64,000 bases of DNA from an uncultured Chitinophagaceae bacterium (GCA_963783125.1 CAWAMQ010000009.1:5474-69473); one strand, 5' to 3'; shown: positions 20,431-31,014, counted from the first letter of the stretch. Program-made: numbers and translations. The notes: a model not told the origin generated them from the letters alone.

Positions 20431-20438
20431 CAAATATA
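20431..20438 (-). promoter_or_regulatory. -7 promoter box for the DEAD-box helicase
   Basis: Minus-strand TATATTTG about 140 nt upstream of the start. Confidence 0.5.
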
Positions 20439-20537
20439 CTCTTTTCGTTTAGTATAACGCTATAACGTTTTTTTAGTTAAATAATTTTAACGAACTAAAT
20501 ATATCTTTCAGCACGACAGAAAGCTTAAAAAGGGTTG

Positions 20538-21833
20538 TTATGAAAGCATAGGGATTTTTTCAAACACCAGGTAGTCCCACGGATGGAGCCATACAAGGCT
20601 TTTCTGTTCAAAATCAATATCGTCGTTCCAGAACAAATTCCTGAAAAGGCCTTTAACACCTTTTACCTCAAAATTCAATCCCTGGTCGCTCAAATTAAGG
20701 ATCACAAATACCTGGCTTGATTTGTATTTACGCAGGTAGGCGAAAACGTGTTCATCTTCAGGATGTGAAATGATGCGGGTAAGACCTTTGGGATCGCCGG
20801 CGCGCAATGCCTTATTGGTAGCTTTCAGCGTTAGCAGCGTTTTGTAAAATTCGTGCAGTTCGAAATTGCCAGTCCACCCGATGGTATCTTTTTCAAAGAA
20901 TTTCAATCTCTTTTTATTTGGCAATTCCTGCCCGGAATAAATCAGCGGAATGCCATCCCATGTGCATGAAAATACAGCAAACAATTTCGCGGCGTCACCG
21001 TATTTTTCATACTCCGTTCCGTTCCAGCTGTTTTCATCGTGATTAGAAGTAAAATAAACGCGCATGCCTGTGCAGGGAAATTCTGTAACCGACTTATACA
21101 AAACTGTAAGCAAGCTATGAAGATTCATCTGGTGATGATAGTACTGTTCCGAAGCGTGCATCCATTTCCACGTGTAAGTTGCGTCAAAAACTTCGTGGTA
21201 TTCAGGTTCCTGGCATTCGCCCAGCCAAAACAGACCATCTTTCAATTTCGACACTTTCTTTTTCGCATATTTCCAGAAATCAAGCGGAACAAGGTGAGCC
21301 ATATCGCATCTGAATCCGTCAACATCATATTCCTGTATCCAATATTTCATTACTTCCATCATGCTTTTCCAAACCTCAGGAACACTATAATTTAATTGCG
21401 ATACATCTGACCATCCATGCGGATGAAGAAAATCGTCGTGCTCATTTTTTACAAAATATTCGGGATGGTCCTGTATCCACAAATGATCGTTACCCACGTG
21501 ATTGGCCACAAAATCCATTAAAACCTTAAACCCCAGTTGATGCGCTTCTTTGATCAACGCTTTAAAATCCTCTGCTGTTCCAAATTCGGAGTTGATCGAT
21601 TTAAAATCTTTTGCAGCATAATAGCTGCCCAGCTTACCAAGACGCCCTTTTTCACCGACAGGTAACACCGGCATAAACCACAAGGTCTGCACGCCCATAT
21701 CTTTTAAACGCGGCAGGTGTTTGGCGAAAGCGTTAAACGTGCCTTCCGGTGTATATTGCCGCACATTCACTTCATAAATATTGGTAGAATAACTCCAGTC
21801 CGGATGTCCTTTCTTTGTTTTTTTCTTCGACAT
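20538..21833 (-). CDS. GH13 alpha-amylase-family glycoside hydrolase, cytoplasmic
   Basis: DFVANH, DGFRCDMAH, WLGE and SNHDEN conserved regions; no signal peptide. Confidence 0.92.
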   Translation of the reverse strand: MSKKKTKKGHPDWSYSTNIYEVNVRQYTPEGTFNAFAKHLPRLKDMGVQTLWFMPVLPVGEKGRLGKLGSYYAAKDFKSINSEFGTAEDFKALIKEAHQLGFKVLMDFVANHVGNDHLWIQDHPEYFVKNEHDDFLHPHGWSDVSQLNYSVPEVWKSMMEVMKYWIQEYDVDGFRCDMAHLVPLDFWKYAKKKVSKLKDGLFWLGECQEPEYHEVFDATYTWKWMHASEQYYHHQMNLHSLLTVLYKSVTEFPCTGMRVYFTSNHDENSWNGTEYEKYGDAAKLFAVFSCTWDGIPLIYSGQELPNKKRLKFFEKDTIGWTGNFELHEFYKTLLTLKATNKALRAGDPKGLTRIISHPEDEHVFAYLRKYKSSQVFVILNLSDQGLNFEVKGVKGLFRNLFWNDDIDFEQKSLVWLHPWDYLVFEKIPMLS

Positions 21834-21932
21834 AATCTTTTTCTTAAAAAACGATAAAAGTAATCATAAAAATATTTACAAGCGGTGTGCATCGATTGTA
21901 GGTTGTAACTTTACGGCCGAAAGCAGAACGAT

Positions 21933-23195
21933 ATGAAAAAATTTGATGTTCCTGTTTTTTACCGCAGCCCGTTGATAACTGCCATAAAGAACAAGCGCAA
22001 AGCTGATGATAAATTAAAGAAAGATTTTTCGCCAACCTGTTTGGATTTTGGTAAAGTGCAGATTTTCCTCGCACGTCATTTTGGATTTTGCTATGGTGTA
22101 GAAAACGCTATTGATATTTCTTTCAGAACCATTGAAGAAAACCCCGGTAAAAAAATTTATTTACTGAGTGAGATGATCCATAACCCGCAGGTAAATGACG
22201 ATCTTAAAAGCAGGGGGGTGGAATTCTTAATGGATACGAAAGGCAACTCGATCATACCATTCGACAAATTAAATAAAGGTGACATCGTTGTGGTGCCGGC
22301 TTTTGGAACTACCGTTCAGATAGAAGAGAAACTTGCCCAAGCAGGCGTTGAGATTGAAAAGTACAATACTACCTGCCCGTTTGTAGAAAAGGTATGGAAT
22401 CGTGCGCAGGCAATCGCCAAAAATAAATATACGGTGATCGTGCACGGGAAGCCGCAACATGAAGAAACTCGGGCTACCTTCAGCCATAGCGCCGTACACT
22501 CACCCACTTTGGTGATAAAAGACATGGCTGAAGCCATCGAACTGGCAGCATATATTTCAGGAACAAAAAATCCACAGGATTTTTATGCCCGGTTTGAAGG
22601 ACAATATTCAGATGGTTTTAATGTAGAAAAAGATCTTGAAAGAATTGGCGTGGTAAACCAGACTACCATGCTTGCCAGTGATACGCAGGCCATCGCTGAA
22701 TACCTGAAAGAAGTGATGAAAAACAAATACCATCTTTCTGAATCAAATATTGAAGAACGGTTTGCAGATACGCGCGATACACTGTGCTACGCCACTAATG
22801 ACAACCAGGGCGCCGTATACGCCTTGCTGGATAATCCTGCAGACCTTGCGATTGTGGTAGGAGGGTACAACAGTTCCAATACATCGCACCTGGTAGAATT
22901 ATGCGAGGAAAAATTGCCCACTTATTTTGTCAGGTCAGAAAAAGAGATCGTTTCTTCCAAACAAATCAATCATTACAAAATTCACCGAAAAGAGGAAATA
23001 ACCACGCTTTCTTATTTGCCTGAAAAAAAACCTGTAAAAATATTGCTCACCAGCGGCGCCAGTTGCCCCGATGCGCTGGTAGAAGGTGTTATCAAAAAAA
23101 TAGTTTCATTTTTTAATTGCGAAAAAAATCCTGATGATTTGATTGAAGAATTTAGTCCTTCCAAAACAATAACGAAAGAAGCCTTTCAGAACTAA
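21933..23195 (+). CDS. ispH: 4-hydroxy-3-methylbut-2-enyl diphosphate reductase
   Basis: GFCYGV, TCPFV and TLCYAT Fe-S cysteines; GGYNSSNT, TSGASCP. Confidence 0.96.
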   Translation: MKKFDVPVFYRSPLITAIKNKRKADDKLKKDFSPTCLDFGKVQIFLARHFGFCYGVENAIDISFRTIEENPGKKIYLLSEMIHNPQVNDDLKSRGVEFLMDTKGNSIIPFDKLNKGDIVVVPAFGTTVQIEEKLAQAGVEIEKYNTTCPFVEKVWNRAQAIAKNKYTVIVHGKPQHEETRATFSHSAVHSPTLVIKDMAEAIELAAYISGTKNPQDFYARFEGQYSDGFNVEKDLERIGVVNQTTMLASDTQAIAEYLKEVMKNKYHLSESNIEERFADTRDTLCYATNDNQGAVYALLDNPADLAIVVGGYNSSNTSHLVELCEEKLPTYFVRSEKEIVSSKQINHYKIHRKEEITTLSYLPEKKPVKILLTSGASCPDALVEGVIKKIVSFFNCEKNPDDLIEEFSPSKTITKEAFQN

Positions 23196-23368
23196 ATCAT
23201 CATAGCTTTTTAAATCTGCCTGCCCCCAAAAAAGCAGGTGGGAGTTTTACAGTAAATCAACAAATACTTCAGATTCTTATTTTCATCAGGCTATAAAGCC
23301 GATGCTAATGTTAGCTTTAAACAATTTAAATTAAATTCTATATCTTGAATAAGTCAAATCATTGAAAT

Positions 23369-23935
23369 ATGAAGTGGATTTATTTATTATCCGGCATCAT
23401 GGTCTTATCATCATGTAATTTGCGTCAGCGGGAGATGGAGCTAAATAAAAAATCAGAAGAGCTAAACCGTCGCGAGCAGCAACTTGCTATCAAAGAACAA
23501 ATGCTGGCCGCTGCCGAACAAAAACTCAATGAGCAACAAAAAATTTTAGACAGCACCACGAATATCATCAATGATAGTTTACAGAAGCAACATCAAAAAA
23601 TAGAAGGATTGTGGCGTGTGGACATGCAATGTACAGAAACCAACTGTGCCGGATCGGCGGTAGGGGATGTTAAAACGGAACATTGGACGATCCGGATCGA
23701 GGGCAATGAAGTAATGGTGCATGCAAGAAGTAACCGCCACCCTGCAAAAAGCTATAGCGGTGGTTTTATGGGGAATATGTTAAGACTAACTGCTGAACAG
23801 GATTCTGCTGAAATAAATGCGAAGATCGTTGTGCGCCTTGAGCAATTAAAAGAAAATGAATTGGAAGGAGAGCGCGAGGTAATACAGGCAACAGGTTGCA
23901 GGATTTTATATTCGCTACGACTAAAAAAAGAATAA
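23369..23935 (+). CDS. Hypothetical lipoprotein with coiled coil
   Basis: Lipobox LSSC; Gln/Glu-rich coiled coil followed by a beta-rich domain. Confidence 0.7.
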   Translation: MKWIYLLSGIMVLSSCNLRQREMELNKKSEELNRREQQLAIKEQMLAAAEQKLNEQQKILDSTTNIINDSLQKQHQKIEGLWRVDMQCTETNCAGSAVGDVKTEHWTIRIEGNEVMVHARSNRHPAKSYSGGFMGNMLRLTAEQDSAEINAKIVVRLEQLKENELEGEREVIQATGCRILYSLRLKKE

Positions 23936-23969
23936 GGAACACTTTATTAATAATGCTTTAAAAGGATGT

Positions 23970-26129
23970 ATGATTTTATTAACAGACCTGGACTTTACTC
24001 TTCCGTTAAAGAACCCTGTGATCATTTTTTCACTGGTATTATTTATCATCCTTTTTGCACCCATTTTATTAAAAAAAATAAAAGTTCCTCATATTATCGG
24101 GCTTATCCTTGCCGGTGTAATCGTAGGTCCTTACGGAACAAACTTGTTGAGCAGAGACAGCAGCATCGTACTTTTCGGCACCGTGGGCTTGTTATACATT
24201 ATGTTTTTAGCGGGCATTGAAATTGATCTTAAAGAATTTAAAAAGAACAAATTAAAGATCGTCGTTTTCGGGCTCACCACATTTTTGCTTCCTTTTATTT
24301 TAGGAACCCTCGCCAGTTATTATATTCTTGGCTATGGTAAATTAACTTCTGTATTATTAGCCGCTATGTTCTCCACGCATACGTTGGTATCCTACCCGAT
24401 AGTAAGCAAATTTGGAGTCTCTAATAACAGGGCGGTTGCGCTCACCATCGGCGGCACATTGATCACCGATGTACTGGCGTTGGTAATCCTGGCCATTGTA
24501 GTTGGCATGACGAAAGGCGAAGTTTCCTCAACCTTTTGGGTCACGTTGGGTATTTCATCCGTAATATTTGTGGCCATTGTTTTTTTTATTTTCCCTTTGA
24601 TCATTCAATGGTTTTTTAAGAAAAATCACGACAGTGTTTCCCAATATATTTTTGTGCTGGCCATTGTTTTCCTGGCGTCCTTTTTAGCCGAAGCTGCCGG
24701 CTTGGAAGCGATCATCGGCGCTTTTTTCGCCGGGTTAGTGCTTAATAATTATGTGCCTCATTCATCTCCCTTGATGAACCGGATTGATTTTGTAGGCAAT
24801 GCATTATTCATTCCTTTCTTCCTGATAGGGGTAGGAATGCTGGTAAATTTCAATGTGCTTTTTATGGGATGGGGCGCATTAAAAGTGGTAGGCGTGATTG
24901 CTGTTGTTGCCATCGCCACCAAATACATCGCCGCATGGATCACTGAAAAAAGTTTTAAGCTTTCGAAAGATGAGGGCAGGATGATATTCGGATTAAGTAC
25001 GTCGCGCGCTGCGGCTACCCTGGCCATCGTGTTGGTAGGGTATAATATCATTATTGGTGAAACGCCCGGCGGCGAGCCTGTTCATTTGCTTGATGAAGAT
25101 ATTCTGAACGGAACAATTTTATTGATATTGATTAGCTGCGCTATCAGTTCTTTTGTGGTGGAAAAAGCCGCGCATAACCTCGCTTTAAAAGAAGCGGCAG
25201 ATGCTGGTGACGAGGAAACCGGGGAAAAGATCCTGATTGCTCTCGGCGATCCGGAAACGGTTACCGAATTAATAGATTTTGGATTGATGCTTAAGCCTAA
25301 AAAAAGCAACGTGCCCGTTTTTGCACTTAATATTGTAAGTGACGATTCTCATAATGAGACGACCCAATACAATGGAAAAAAAATGATGGACAAAGCGGTG
25401 AAGCAGGCGGCTGCCAGTGAAAACACTATTACACCGCTTACCCGTTTTGATATGAATACCAGTAACGGAATTATTTATACGATTAAAGAACAGAATATTA
25501 CTGATGTTTTAATTGGAATCAATAATGATCCGAAACAAAAAGATTTTCCGGGCCCGATAACCGAAAGCATCCTGAGTAAATCAGGCGAAACTATTTTCCT
25601 CTATAAAGCGCACCAGCCATTCAACACATTAAAAAGAATGATGGTAGCCATCACCTCCGGTGCAGAACTGGAACCGGGATTTCACCATTGGCTCAACAGG
25701 ATTGGAACAATAGCCAAAGCCGGTACACTACCTATTTATTTTTTTGCCAATGAAACCACCACAGACGAGCTTAAAAAATACAATGCGCATTCTGAGATAC
25801 CTGTTGAAGTGAGTTATAAACTATTGAGTGACTGGCAGGACTTTTTGATCATGAGCGGAGAACTAAAGCCAAATGATTTCTTTGTTATTATTTCCTCCCG
25901 GAAAGGATATATTTCCTATGATGAAACGCTTGAAAAAGTGCCTTACTACCTTTCAAAATATTTTAGCCAATACAGCAGCCTGATCGTATATCCAAAGCAA
26001 TTGGCCGAAGATAACATAACTGAAAGAGAGCATGACCGCTTTCTGCTGGATGCATTGGCTGAACGGGTACAGGTAGTGAACAAAGCCGGCAACTACCTTT
26101 CGCGAATCTTTAAAAAGAAAAATCAGTAA
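23970..26129 (+). CDS. Cation:proton antiporter (CPA2) with C-terminal USP-like domains
   Basis: About 12 TM, GLLYIMFLAGIEID, IIGAFFAGL, FIPFFLIGVG; soluble C-terminal half. Confidence 0.9.
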   Translation: MILLTDLDFTLPLKNPVIIFSLVLFIILFAPILLKKIKVPHIIGLILAGVIVGPYGTNLLSRDSSIVLFGTVGLLYIMFLAGIEIDLKEFKKNKLKIVVFGLTTFLLPFILGTLASYYILGYGKLTSVLLAAMFSTHTLVSYPIVSKFGVSNNRAVALTIGGTLITDVLALVILAIVVGMTKGEVSSTFWVTLGISSVIFVAIVFFIFPLIIQWFFKKNHDSVSQYIFVLAIVFLASFLAEAAGLEAIIGAFFAGLVLNNYVPHSSPLMNRIDFVGNALFIPFFLIGVGMLVNFNVLFMGWGALKVVGVIAVVAIATKYIAAWITEKSFKLSKDEGRMIFGLSTSRAAATLAIVLVGYNIIIGETPGGEPVHLLDEDILNGTILLILISCAISSFVVEKAAHNLALKEAADAGDEETGEKILIALGDPETVTELIDFGLMLKPKKSNVPVFALNIVSDDSHNETTQYNGKKMMDKAVKQAAASENTITPLTRFDMNTSNGIIYTIKEQNITDVLIGINNDPKQKDFPGPITESILSKSGETIFLYKAHQPFNTLKRMMVAITSGAELEPGFHHWLNRIGTIAKAGTLPIYFFANETTTDELKKYNAHSEIPVEVSYKLLSDWQDFLIMSGELKPNDFFVIISSRKGYISYDETLEKVPYYLSKYFSQYSSLIVYPKQLAEDNITEREHDRFLLDALAERVQVVNKAGNYLSRIFKKKNQ

Positions 26130-26194
26130 TCCCTTTTTTATTTTTGATTTTTTCGATTTACTTTTGTGCAACTTTAAACACAAAATGATATAAA

Positions 26195-26296
26195 ATGAAA
26201 GAAACAAGCGAAGAAAGAATGGCCTTCAGAGGTATTTTACTGGTTACTCTTTTTGAAATTTTAGGGATATTGTTTCTGATCTCTATCAACTTATAA
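26195..26296 (+). CDS. Putative 33-aa single-TM small protein (below the ORF-track cutoff)
   Basis: ATG...TAA reads MKETSEERMAFRGILLVTLFEILGILFLISINL; A-rich upstream sequence. Confidence 0.45.
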   Translation: MKETSEERMAFRGILLVTLFEILGILFLISINL

Positions 26297-26440
26297 TAGA
26301 TCCTGTATATCGTTATTGTTGTTTCGTCCGGGTAAATTTGCCCGGATATATTTGCTTCTCCTTAATCCTGCTTTACCATCCGGCTACTTTTTTTTGTACC
26401 TTCAATTTTCTTTTGATCCTTTACTTTTTAATTCAAAAAC

Positions 26441-26992
26441 ATGAATACAAACAGGTTGAGCGCAAGTCTGTGTGCCGCTCTTAATGCCCAAATGACAAAG
26501 GAAGCCCATGCCTCTCAAATTTATTTGGCTTATGCAAGCTGGGCCGCAGCGAGCGGTTATGACGGCGTTGCCAATTTTTTATTTCGTCACGCAAATGAAG
26601 AGCGAAATCACATGATGAAATTTCTGGAATACATTCTTGAGCGTGGCGCAACGGTAAAAATTGACGCAATCCCGGCGCCGGGTAAGATACCCACCAGTAT
26701 ATTTGATTGTTTTCAAAAAACCTTTAAACAGGAAGTTGAAAATACCGAATCAATTTACAAGATCGTAAAACAAAGCTTTGAAGAATCTGATTGGGCTACC
26801 TGGAACTTTTTGCAGTGGTTTGTAAAAGAGCAAACGGAAGAAGAAACGCTGATTATGTCTATGCTGGATAAATTGAAAATCGCGGGAGGAGAAAAAGCCA
26901 CCGGGGAAAGTCTCTATTCAATTGACCGGGATTTAAAGTCAACCCCTGATGAAGCAGCACTTGCACAGGAAAAAACAGTCGAGGAACCGTAA
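26441..26992 (+). CDS. ftnA: Non-heme ferritin
   Basis: Ferroxidase residues E..Y (KEAHASQIY), EERNH, EVEN, WFVKEQTEEE. Confidence 0.93.
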   Translation: MNTNRLSASLCAALNAQMTKEAHASQIYLAYASWAAASGYDGVANFLFRHANEERNHMMKFLEYILERGATVKIDAIPAPGKIPTSIFDCFQKTFKQEVENTESIYKIVKQSFEESDWATWNFLQWFVKEQTEEETLIMSMLDKLKIAGGEKATGESLYSIDRDLKSTPDEAALAQEKTVEEP

Positions 26993-27000
26993 TTGAAATT

Positions 27001-27894
27001 CTATTTTAGTTCAAGGTATACTTTAGCGTAATAACGTCCTAACGAATCAAGAACTCTTGTAGTATCGGCGAGAGGCAGTTTAAAGGGTTCTGCTATTTTA
27101 AAGATGGCCGAGTCATCGGTAAACAAGATTACGTTACGATTATAACTTTTTAATTTCTCCAATCTGAATTCCGCGGCACTCCTTGTGCGATATTCACTTA
27201 CCACCACATTAAATGGAACTGTGTCCGAAACAGTATCGGCCCCTGTGTTTATATTGGCTGAAGTATCCGGTTGAGAGGAAGAATCTTTAACCGGAACAAT
27301 ATCTTCTGTGGTTGTAAGATTTTGTGTTTGCTCCTTTTTGGTAAATGCATAACGCCAAACCGCCCACGCGGCAAATCCAAGTATGATAAGGACCAAAAAC
27401 ATCAGCACCATTTTTCCGGCGTTATTCGATTTTCTTTCTTTTTGATAATCTTTAAACATGCTTTCTTCTGCCGGCTCCATCTGTTCCTCTTCTTCGTTCC
27501 TGGTGCGGTTGGGCTCCATCCGTTGTGCAATCAATTGACCCGGAATAAAAGATAAAATACCGGAATTTAATTTTTCCAGCGTGCCGATATGTGGAAGATT
27601 GAAGGGTTTGCCGATATTTAAAAACTGGCGGCCCAAAGAAACAAATGAATCAAGATCGGAAGCAGCCAATGGCTTTATCTTTTTGGTATGTTCAACGATA
27701 AAATCTACCAGTCCTTCATCCTCCTTAGCCCTGGAGTCGTAAGTAAAGGTTATTGAGTTTTCAGGAATGATTATCGGCTTGTCAGAATCAGCAGAATCTG
27801 GAATGGAAGCATCAAGGTGAAAAGTACCGATGCCCTGTAAAGTAAGTTGCTTATTTTTTATTAAATAATGTACAAGTACTTGCTCAATTTTCAC
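27001..27894 (-). CDS. HU-like (HU-CCDC81-type) N-terminus + TM + SPOR-like C-terminal domain protein
   Basis: N-terminal LTLQGIGTF and FNLPHIGTL HU-like strands, one TM, C-terminal FNVVVSEYRTRSAAE SPOR-like fold; probable GTG start 27894. Confidence 0.7.
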   Translation of the reverse strand: MKIEQVLVHYLIKNKQLTLQGIGTFHLDASIPDSADSDKPIIIPENSITFTYDSRAKEDEGLVDFIVEHTKKIKPLAASDLDSFVSLGRQFLNIGKPFNLPHIGTLEKLNSGILSFIPGQLIAQRMEPNRTRNEEEEQMEPAEESMFKDYQKERKSNNAGKMVLMFLVLIILGFAAWAVWRYAFTKKEQTQNLTTTEDIVPVKDSSSQPDTSANINTGADTVSDTVPFNVVVSEYRTRSAAEFRLEKLKSYNRNVILFTDDSAIFKIAEPFKLPLADTTRVLDSLGRYYAKVYLELK

Positions 27895-28002
27895 AGAGGA
27901 GGTTTTAATAAGCAAACCTACATTTTATTAATTTAATTCACAAAAATGATAGCAAAATCAAGAGCCGGATATTTTTAGTTTTTTCATTGCTACCTTTGCC
28001 TC

Positions 28003-28326
28003 ATGCTTACAGAAGACGAAAAATCATTTATCATCTACTGGGAAAAAAACAGGGAAAAAGAAAAAAAGATCTTAACCAAATTTTTGTATGGATCACCGTG
28101 GGGCCTTGTTTTTGCCCTACCCATTCTCATCGCGGTCATCTTTCATGGTTGGTATAAAAATATGGTTTACATTTCTCCTTCACTGATTACCATTATCATT
28201 ATTGCCGTGATCGCTATCGCTGTGTTCTATACTTTGTTCAGCATGCAATTTAAGTGGGACAGAAACGAACAAATTTATAAAGAGTTAAAATTCAGGCAAA
28301 GCAAAGAAGATGCAGCGGAATTATAA
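28003..28326 (+). CDS. Hypothetical 2-TM membrane protein
   Basis: 107 aa, two hydrophobic helices; TACCTTTG promoter box at 27991-27998. Confidence 0.75.
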   Translation: MLTEDEKSFIIYWEKNREKEKKILTKFLYGSPWGLVFALPILIAVIFHGWYKNMVYISPSLITIIIIAVIAIAVFYTLFSMQFKWDRNEQIYKELKFRQSKEDAAEL

Positions 28327-28362
28327 ATTTAATGCTCTTTATTTGCAACTGAAAATTACTCT

Positions 28363-28869
28363 ATGAATAAAAAATTCTTCTTCTTTCTTGGTATTGCTTT
28401 GATTGTTTTCGCCAGTTGCCAAAAAAAGGTAAGCTCGTGCGGATACAGCGCCTCAACTATTATTGCGCCTGTTACTGAACAGGAAGCTTTGCATGACTCT
28501 CTTACAGCACATAATATTACTGCAACACTTGATCCTTCAGGGTTTTTCTATAATATTAACCAGGCTGGCAGTGGCAAAGCGGCTACTACTCTTTGCTCTA
28601 CGGTTTCAGTATTTTACCGTGGCGGATTTTTAAACGGGCAAGGCTTTGATTCTACATCAACCGGTGCGCCTGCAGTTTTTCAATTAGGGCAAGTGATTCC
28701 CGGCTGGCAAAAAGCGCTTCCTCTCGTAGCTAAGGGCGGCGATATTACTTTGTATATTCCACCGTCATTAGCTTATGGTTCAAGGGCTGTAAAAGATTCT
28801 TCAGGAAACGTAGTGATTCCGGCAAATACCAACCTGGTGTTTCGTGTGTTGATCGCGGATGTACAATAA
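28363..28869 (+). CDS. FKBP-type peptidyl-prolyl isomerase, lipoprotein
   Basis: Lipobox FASC; YRGGFLNGQGFD, VIPGWQKAL, YIPPSLAYG, IPANTNLVF. Confidence 0.93.
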   Translation: MNKKFFFFLGIALIVFASCQKKVSSCGYSASTIIAPVTEQEALHDSLTAHNITATLDPSGFFYNINQAGSGKAATTLCSTVSVFYRGGFLNGQGFDSTSTGAPAVFQLGQVIPGWQKALPLVAKGGDITLYIPPSLAYGSRAVKDSSGNVVIPANTNLVFRVLIADVQ

Positions 28870-28983
28870 GCAGCTTCAGGCCAAAACAGGAATCTTCATT
28901 ATTTCTTTGTTTACTACACATTTGTAGCCAACGTAAATTTGCCGGTGGCACAAAGCAATTATATTTGCTTTATAAATTATGCC

Positions 28984-30411
28984 ATGCAACACGAAGCCAT
29001 TTCGGTTTTTGATATGTTTAAAATAGGAGTAGGGCCATCAAGTAGTCACACCCTTGGCCCATGGCGTGCTGCACAGTCTTTTTTAAAATCTCTGCTTGAT
29101 AATAATATCCTTGAGCAGGTAGTTTCAATGGAAATTTTACTGTACGGTTCGCTCGCCAAAACCGGTAAAGGACATGGCACCGACCTAGCAGTTCAACTCG
29201 GTTTGGCAGGAGAAGATCCTGTTACTTTTGATGTGAACCTTATTGATGACAAAATAACTCGTATAAGGTCAGAAAAAAAGATATTTCTAAACGGCAGCCA
29301 CCCGGTGATTTTTGATCCGCAGGAAGATATAGAATTTTTAAAGACCGAATCACTTCCTTATCATCCCAATGCGCTCACTTTTATTGCCGTATTGGAAAAT
29401 GATGAACACATTTCTGAAACCTATTATTCTATCGGCGGAGGCTTCGTAAAAAAAGAAGGCGAAGATTTCAACACTAACGAAGACGTAGTACTTCCTTTTC
29501 CTATAAATGACGCAGATGACCTGGCACATTGGTGTATGCAAACCGGGATGAACATCAGCGAAGTGGTTTTGGAAAATGAAAACTCGTGGCGTTCTGAAGA
29601 AGAAACGCGGGCCGGTATCCTGAATATCTGGAAAACGATGAGCGAATGTATTTACACCGGCTGCCACACCCAGGGGATTCTTCCGGGAGGCCTAAATGTA
29701 AAGAGACGCGCAGCCAACCTGAATAAAAAATTAATTGGCGGAAAGCCTTACACTGATTATAATTCATGGATCGATGTGATCAGGGAGGGAGGAAATAGTT
29801 TTAAATACACTCTTGATTGGGTAAGTTGTTTTGCCCTGGCGGTTAATGAACAAAACGCTGCCTTTGGCCGCGTGGTTACTTCGCCCACAAATGGCGCTGC
29901 GGGCGTTGTTCCGGCAGTGCTGGCTTATTACATTATTTTTTGTGACGGTGATAATGAAGATAAGATCATCCAGTTCTTAGCGACTGCATCCGAAGTGGGA
30001 TGCATCTTTAAAAAAGGAGCCACGATTTCTGCAGCCATGGGCGGATGCCAGGCGGAGATTGGTGTTTCATCTTCGATGGCTGCTGCAGCACTCACCGAAT
30101 GTATGGGCGGCACGCAAAGGCAAGCGTTGATGGCTGCCGAAATTGCAATGGAACATCATCTTGGTATGAGTTGCGATCCGATTTCCGGCCTGGTCCAGAT
30201 TCCATGCATAGAAAGGAACGCAATGGGCGCGGTAAAGGCGATAACAGCCAGCCAGCTTTCGCTGCAAAGTGCGCCTGACTTTGCAAGAGTCACTTTAGAC
30301 AACGTTATTAAAACCATGTGGGACACCGCAGTAGATATGAACAGTAAGTACAAAGAAACTTCCGATGGAGGTTTAGCGATAAATGTGCCTTTGGGATTAA
30401 GTGAATGTTAG
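28984..30411 (+). CDS. sdaA: L-serine ammonia-lyase (Fe-S dependent, single chain)
   Basis: [52 protein letters not shown]; start ATG 28984. Confidence 0.96.
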   Translation: MQHEAISVFDMFKIGVGPSSSHTLGPWRAAQSFLKSLLDNNILEQVVSMEILLYGSLAKTGKGHGTDLAVQLGLAGEDPVTFDVNLIDDKITRIRSEKKIFLNGSHPVIFDPQEDIEFLKTESLPYHPNALTFIAVLENDEHISETYYSIGGGFVKKEGEDFNTNEDVVLPFPINDADDLAHWCMQTGMNISEVVLENENSWRSEEETRAGILNIWKTMSECIYTGCHTQGILPGGLNVKRRAANLNKKLIGGKPYTDYNSWIDVIREGGNSFKYTLDWVSCFALAVNEQNAAFGRVVTSPTNGAAGVVPAVLAYYIIFCDGDNEDKIIQFLATASEVGCIFKKGATISAAMGGCQAEIGVSSSMAAAALTECMGGTQRQALMAAEIAMEHHLGMSCDPISGLVQIPCIERNAMGAVKAITASQLSLQSAPDFARVTLDNVIKTMWDTAVDMNSKYKETSDGGLAINVPLGLSEC

Positions 30412-30518
30412 TTGATAAGGTGGGGTAGGAATTATGGTTTCGAGGTTTAGAAAGTTTAGAGGTTTAGACAGTAGACGAATAAATTACCGCGATTTTTATT
30501 TTCCTGTTTTACTGATCA

Positions 30519-30956
30519 TCACACACCATATTTCCTTTTGATATCGCGGTCTGTTTCTCTCGCTTTGATCGTTTCTCTTTTATCAAATGTCTTTTTCCCT
30601 TTGCCAAGACCGATCTCTATTTTGGCAAATCCGCTGCCTGAGAAAAATATCTTTAAAGGAATGATCGAATAGCCTTTCTCTTTTATTTTGTTTTCAAGCT
30701 TGCGCAATTCTTTTTTATGCAACAGCAATTTGCGCTCCTGCATCGGCTCATGATTAAAATGCGTACCAAAATTGTATTCAGAAATATGCAGGCTTTTTAC
30801 AAACAATTCTCCTTTATGAAAAAAACAATAGCTGTCGTTAAAACTGGCTTTGCCGGCACGCAGTGATTTTATTTCCGTTCCGGTCAACACCATACCGGCA
30901 ACGTATTTTGCTTCAAAATTATATTCGTAATATGCTTTTCGGTTTCTTAAATCCAT
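30519..30956 (-). CDS. smpB: SsrA-binding protein
   Basis: NRKAYYEY, AGMVLTGTEIKSLR, RKLLLHKKE, GKGKKTFDKRETIK. Confidence 0.97.
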   Translation of the reverse strand: MDLRNRKAYYEYNFEAKYVAGMVLTGTEIKSLRAGKASFNDSYCFFHKGELFVKSLHISEYNFGTHFNHEPMQERKLLLHKKELRKLENKIKEKGYSIIPLKIFFSGSGFAKIEIGLGKGKKTFDKRETIKARETDRDIKRKYGV

Positions 30957-30967
30957 AATAAAAAAAA

Positions 30968-30994
30968 CAGCAGGAATTGTAAAAGTTCCTGCTG
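30968..30994 (-). terminator. Intrinsic terminator after accD
   Basis: CAGCAGGAA-loop-TTCCTGCTG hairpin with an A tract on the left (U tract on the minus strand). Confidence 0.6.
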
Positions 30995-31014
30995 CAAAGT
31001 TTCGTTTTTTAAAA

